A stretch of 56,497 nucleotides of DNA, counting the filler, from Circinaria calcarea (lineage: Eukaryota): NCBI GenBank assembly GCA_051942165.1. It is 3 parts of 3 records of this genome, joined end to end, with 100 filler letters (N's around TTAATTAATTAA, not from the genome) between each part and the next. Parts side by side here need not be neighbours in the genome. Positions count along the whole stretch, not along the records: positions 37,754 to 56,497 come from JAVECS010000229.1; 2 more parts are not named here. One strand, 5' to 3'. Shown here one piece after another: positions 50,597 to 56,497 of the stretch. The first letter of the stretch is position 1, and each line of letters opens with the position of its first letter. The translations under genes and the position numbers were made by a program. The notes under the pieces are model-generated. The model was not told the DNA's origin and made no database searches. It worked only from the letters and a program-made list of their open reading frames with translations.

Positions 50597-50957
50597 GGGG
50601 ACGGAGAACGATGCGAATGGAGCGGTAGCTAAGCACTATGCCTTGTCGTCTTCTCGACTGTAATTTTATGAGCGGCAAGATTTGTACTGAGACGAATATG
50701 CTCACTGCCTGTCTTCGAAGTGACGTGGATAGTGTCCGTTTGAGCTTGACAGTCGTTTGGGTCAGTTCCGTTCAAAGTTAGGGGCTACCCCCTGTAACGC
50801 GTACAAACATCGGGCCGTGTTTTCTCGTTAGAGTAATTGGATTAGGGTTTTATATTACCTTCATCTCGATAGTCCGCAAGCTGCCCAGCATTGGTCGGAT
50901 TACTACTTTTGATATAGAAGCTGTAAATGTAACCACTCCTACAGTAAAAATAAGAAT

Positions 50958-53864
50958 ATGAAAACCGACTTTCAGGTCTGTTCATCTGTTCATTCTGCAC
51001 ATTTGTATTGTATCCGAGTTGCTCAAGCTTACTCCAACGCAGTTCTCAAATCTCTTAGGTACGGTGTACTGCAAAGGCAACTTACTCTTTACGCCCGATG
51101 GGACATGCCTGATATCTCCGGTTGGCAACAGGGTGACTGTCTTCGATCTCGTCAAGTGCGTTTGGTTGAAGACTTGTGCTGTTTTCTTGCTCTAACTTAT
51201 TGTACATCCAGTAACAAGTCATATACCTTGCCTTTTGCCCATCGTCGAAATATAAATCGCATTGCCCTAACACCTCGCGCGAACTTACTTTTGTCGGTAG
51301 ATCAGGATGGCCGCGCCATCCTGAGCAATTTTCCCAGACGGCTAGCTTTACACTATCTTTCCTTCAAAGGGCCTCCGTCTGCATTGGCTTTCTCGCCGTC
51401 AGGCCGACACTTTGCGGTGGGGCTAGGTAGGTCTGTCGAGGTATGGCAGACGCCCACTACTCCAGACTCGACGGAAGAAGGTGAACTCGAGTTTGCACCT
51501 TTTGTCAAACATCGAGTATATGCAGGTCATTACGATACAGTGCAAAGCCTAGAGTGGTCAGGCGATTCTCGGTTCTTCCTGAGTACGTCTAAAGATCTCA
51601 CTGCTAGGATATGGAGCTTAGATCAGGTGGAAAGCTTTGTTCCAACGACACTAGCGGGTCATCGAGCAGCCGTTATTGCAGGATGGTTTTCAAAAGATCA
51701 AGAATCGGTAAGCCTGCCATGGGCTTTCTACAGAAAAGAAACTCATTCAACATCTAGATTTATACCGTCAGCCAGGATGGGGCTTTGTTCGAATGGGCTT
51801 ACCTGTCAAAAGCATTAACTAATAGCGGTGCACCCAGCGACGGAGTGGACGAAGACCTCTTGCGATGGAGAATAGTACGGAGGCACTACTTCCTACATAG
51901 TCATGCGAAAGTCAGTTGCGCCGCATATCATATCACCTCGAATCTCCTCGTGGTTGGATTTTCGGATGGTTTATTTAGTCTCTATGAACTGCCAGATTTC
52001 AATATGATTCATACTCTAAGGTATAAGTTCTGTGGCAGCTTAAATCAGATAAATTCTAACGAATGACGGTAGTGTATCCCAAAAAGATATTGACTTCGTC
52101 TCCATCAACACATCTGGAGAGTGGTTAGCTTTCGGCGCCTCGAAGCTTGGTCAGCTTCTAGTCTGGGAATGGCAGTCGGAGTCCTACATTCTGAAGCAAC
52201 AGGGTCATTTTGACTCCGCTAATGCTCTAGTCTACTCCCCTGACGGTCAACAAGTTATCACTGCTGCAGACGACGGCAAAATAAAAGTCTGGGATGTTCA
52301 ATCTGGATTCTGCATTGTCACTTTCACAGAGCATTCAGCAGCGGTGACAGCTTGTGAGTTCTCGAAAAGGGGAAAAGTACTATTCACCGCAAGTCTAGAT
52401 GGGTCACTCCGAGCTTGGGACTTGGTACGCTATCGCAATTTTCGAACCTTCACTGCGCCTACTCGATTGGCATTCTCTTCCATTGCCGTTGATCCTAGTG
52501 GCGAAGTTATCTGCGCGGGCTCTCTGGATTCATTTGATATCCATCTGTGGTCTGTGCAGACAGGTCACTTGCTGGATCAGCTAGCTGGGCACGAAGGTCC
52601 TATCGCTGCGCTAGCATTCACCCCCAATGGTGGGACTGTGGTAAGCGGCAGCTGGGATCATACAGTTCGCATATGGAACGTCTTTGGTCGAACACAGACA
52701 AGTGAACCTCTGCAGCTGCAAGCTGATGTTCTTGATTTGGCGATTCGACCCGATTCTCGACAAATCGCGATATCTACCCTAGATGGTCAGCTTACTTTTT
52801 GGTCTATTGCCGAAGCTAGTCAAGAAGCTGGTGTTGATGGGCGTCGTGATGCTTCTGGTGGCCGAAAAATGTCGGACCGACGGACTGCGGCTAACGCTAC
52901 AGGAACCAAGGCTTTCAACGCTATTTCCTACAGCATCGATGGAAGCTGCATCCTTGCTGGAGGGAAAACCAAGTACATCTGTCTTTATGATGTGCGGTCC
53001 GGTACACTGCTTAAGAAATTTACCGTTTCGGTTAATTTAACCCTTGACGGCACGCAACAATATCTCAATAGTCGAAATCTGACTGAAGCTGGTCCAAACC
53101 GCCTACTTGATACTCAAGGCGAAGCTTCTGATCTAGAGGACCGTGTTGACCGGGCATTACCAGGTGCCAGCCGTGGAGATCTATCCGCGAGACACTCACG
53201 CCCAGAAGTACGAGTTTCAGCGCTAGCGTTTTCTCCCACCGGTAGATCTTTCTGCGTAGCCTCCACGGAGGGTATACTTATATACTCGTTAGATCATATC
53301 CTGATCTTTGACCCTTTCGATCTCGACATGTCGATTACTCCGGCCAGCATTTTGGAGACGTTGATAGAACGTGAGTATTTACTTGCTCTAGTTATGGCTT
53401 TTCGACTGAACGAGCGCAACCTGATCCGCAAGGTGTACGAAGAGATTCCCGAATCCGACATCAGCCTAGTCATCAAGAACTTGCCTTTAGTGTACATTGC
53501 TAGACTATTAAGATTCATAGCTCAGGTCACTGACGAAAGTCCTCATATTGAATTTAACTTACTATGGGTGGAAGCCCTAATGAGCCAGCATGGGCGCTAT
53601 CTGAAAGATAATACTAGGGGATTTGTTGCAGAGATAAGGATGCTACAGAAGGGGATTACCAGAATTCATGCGGATCTTGCAAGGATGGCTGAGGACAACA
53701 GTTATACGCTTGGGTACCTACTTTCGCAGCCTGCTTCAGAACGGAGGTCTAAGGCACCGGTTGGTGAGGCTGTCTTCGTTAATGGCAACGGGCAGGCTCC
53801 TAATGATAATATGGATACGGAGGAGGACTGGATTGGACAAACTAATGAAGGTGGCTTCACGTAA
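50958..53864 (+). CDS. PWP2: SSU processome WD40 protein Pwp2/Utp1
   Basis: MKTDFQ/FSNLLGTVYCKGNL, SPVGNRV, GQLLVWEWQSESYILKQQGHF, WDLVRYRNFRTF and FDPFDLDMSITP. Four introns. Confidence 0.95.
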
Positions 53865-53968
53865 GAAATTCTCACCAAAATACATGGTCGAACTTGATTC
53901 CCGTCGCCACGAGCATCTATTTAATAGCATGTGGGAAGCCCTGGTCTCATAAATACAGGCATTCCAAT

Positions 53969-55800
53969 CTAATATTCGCTCTCCAGCCTTGGTCGCTTCG
54001 GAGATCTATCTCCGGGATCTTGTACGCCATATCTTTTGGTCCCTGCAGCGCCGCCTGTTGCGTCTCTGATCATTTCATCAATGTTGAAAGGGTCCGCGGT
54101 ATCTTTCTCGAACTGAACAGGTCCATCTCGTGTCTAAAGGCAATTAACAATAAGGCCACGTCATTCTGACTATTATTACATACCTCAGCTTCAGCTGCAC
54201 CCTTAAAACCTTCCTTTGCTTTTCCAAGCACCTCGAAGCGATTATTCTCTTGGAGCTTGTCGAATTCTGCGCCTCCGCCCTCCTCGTCAGCTTCATCGTC
54301 GATATTTGCACGAGGTCTGTATATGCTGCTGATGGCATCCTGTGCTGCGAAGAGGGGTTTGTCGTATGCCTGGTCTTCGTTGAACCCGGTATCGAATCCA
54401 CTTGTTTGGTTGAATAACCTCGAATCCCACATCGTCTCCTTTGACTGTGTTGGCTTTGCCAAACCAAGTGCTACCTTCTCGGAGATATCCCGGTGTTGTT
54501 CTCGTGCCATCATCTGTATTCGCCGCTCGGTACCCATTCGTGATTGCCGAAGCTGTTTCTCGTGCTCCTGTCGTCTTTCCCGCCGCATCTGCTCTCGTTC
54601 TCTTGCTGCCTGTTCATCCTCACTTTCCGAGGCACTGAAGGACGAGGCCGACCGACTCCTACTACCACTATATGACCTTGCTATCGATACACGTCTAGCA
54701 ACCGCTGTTCGCTCGTCTCGAGCCTTCTGAGCAAGCAAGCGTAGATGCTCTTCCTTCAGAGCCTTTTCCTTCTCGGCTAGTTTCTGCTGCATTTGCGCTC
54801 GCTGCTTAACTTCTTCTCTTGCATGACGATCCGCTGTGAATAGTGCTTCTGCAAACTGCGCGAACTTGTCATTGATAGTAACATCCTGTAAGCCTCGACC
54901 ATCGGCCGCTAACCTCTTGTCAAGAGGTACTGTGTAGCCTTTGGGATTTTTCCAGTTAGAGATTGGTGGAGGGATCTTCCATGCTTCTTGGTCCTCAGCA
55001 GTAAGTTTACGGGGCGGTGAATGCATAACAGGGGGTGGAGGTGACGGTGGTCCACGAGGAATTTTTTTATGCTTAAACTTGGGTGGTTCCATGGGATCTT
55101 GCTGCCTCTCGACAATTTTCATTATTCTATCGTTCTTCCTTGTCGTGTCCCCCATTTGACTCGCAGGCGTATAGCGTACGTACGTAGGATCGTTCCTGCT
55201 GAGGCCCTTGACGTTCTTCGGCTTCTGGGCAGCTACAGCCCCGGAGACAAGTGTAGCCAGTGCATTCTTCGTTTTCTCGGTTTGAGCAGCCACTTCCTCT
55301 TCGGAGGGGCGGTCAAGAGAAATTTCGCCGACATCTGCTCGTTGTCGAAGGGGTATCAGATCTTTGAAAGAAGCGTGAATAACTCGCTTGTCATTATGCC
55401 CCTGTCTAGCAATTGAGTCATATTTGACTTTCCCTTCTCCATCTACCGGAACGGCTAAGGCATTGGACGTAGAAAATGCTTTTCTACCCATGTCGAGCGG
55501 GTATTGCGCTATGAGGATCTCTGGGAAAGCCCCTCCGTCACCGTAGTCCTCGGCGGATCGCGGGCGCCAGCCTGATCGTTGGCCATACGGTGGAGGCCCT
55601 ATCCTCTGTAGGCTGTCAGTTGCATACTGAGTGAATGATATCAGCGGTTTGTGACCCACCTTAAGAACAACTTGGCCTTCATCTAATGACCCGACAACCC
55701 GGGGAGCCCGAGAAGTGGTGTGAGCCGGCAGCTCTTCATGCTCGCCTATGTATCGGGGTTTTGGAAGCGCCTTCGCAAGAGAAATGGCTATTGAAGTCAT
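53969..55800 (-). CDS. PRP45: Spliceosomal SNW/SKIP protein Prp45 (Cwf13)
   Basis: DYGDGGAFPEI, QYPLDMGR, DPMEPPKFKHKKIPRGPPSPPPPVMHSPPRK, SNWKNPKGYTVPLDKRLAADGRGL and RDISEKVALG. Introns 55606-55659 and about 54134-54183; the last exon contains GPVQFEKD. Confidence 0.96.
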
Positions 55801-55829
55801 TATATTGGCGGCGTGAGAATAATTTATCA

Positions 55830-56497
55830 GCTGAGATTTTATGAGGTATTAGGTAGTATATCTACACAATGAACCAATTTATTCTAAATACATTTAGTTG
55901 GGGGGTTTAGTTTTTTTGGGTTTTGCTCGGAGGATGTTAGGGTCTCGTCTATTTTGACACCCCATCCGACTATTAAGACACCCCCCGCGTGACCCACCCT
56001 TATCGGGGCTATAGCGGCAGCTAATTCTATTAACAATTAATTTACCTTGCCTAATACTAGAAGGTCATTCATTAAATCAGAGCCGTAATTGCGATACACG
56101 AATACCTTTAATATTAGAAGGGTCCCACAAATATTAGAAAAGTTTTATTATCGCTGTTTTTATCGTTACCACCCATTATTATTATTGTCCCTGCTACTAT
56201 CGCGGTTACGGATTTAGCAGGCACGGGTTGCTATTGGGAATAGCGGGGAAGTAGCGTAGTAGTTTAGTATATATCCCGGGTTATTCCCTTATACTAATGG
56301 AATAACTTTCACTCTTTCAAAATCTTGGCTTGCGCCTCTTTACTAATCGCTGCCATTATCGCTACTATTATCGCTACCACTTATTATTATTATTATTATA
56401 ATTATCGCTGTCGCTACCACTTTAAATATTATTATTGATTTATTTTAATATTATAATAATAAGAAAAACGATAAATAATAATATTAATAAATAATAA
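55830..56497. repeat. AT-rich, TpA-rich degenerate sequence, probably a RIP-mutated repeat or transposon remnant
   Basis: Abrupt shift to high AT, no ORF, (TAT)n/(AAT)n runs and recurring TATCGCT units; TA dinucleotides are visibly abundant. Confidence 0.6.

Overview
This is a gene-dense piece of a filamentous ascomycete (Pezizomycotina) nuclear genome: short GT-AG introns with CTRAC/CTRAT branch sites, and no prokaryotic, phage or CRISPR content. It carries about 21 mostly housekeeping genes in this order: SRP72 (partial), an HNM1/UGA4-type permease, ACC1, SLC1, CDC27/bimA, TMEM208/SND2, CCS1, MRPL23, uricase, Rictor/AVO3, a CrgA/LONRF-like RING-LON protein, RAD26/CSB, a secreted Ser/Thr-rich membrane protein, SSL2/XPB (partial), a small micro-exon gene that the ORF track only partly captures, a CHERP-like CID protein, a CASTOR-like ACT protein, WDR83/MORG1, septin CDC12, PWP2 and PRP45. 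Two 100-nt scaffold gaps carry an artificial TTAATTAATTAA linker, and the right end is AT-rich and looks RIP-mutated. The most interesting signals are at the RNA-processing level. First, the CrgA-like gene has two in-frame competing 3' splice sites that would give either a CaaX prenylation tail (CTVL) or an acidic non-prenylated tail. Second, the permease has an unusually long, heavily base-paired intron with mutually exclusive pairings next to its donor and branch point. Third, the uricase lacks its usual PTS1 while S-K-L is encoded in the +1 frame across the stop. All gene identities come from motif recognition by eye; no database search was run.
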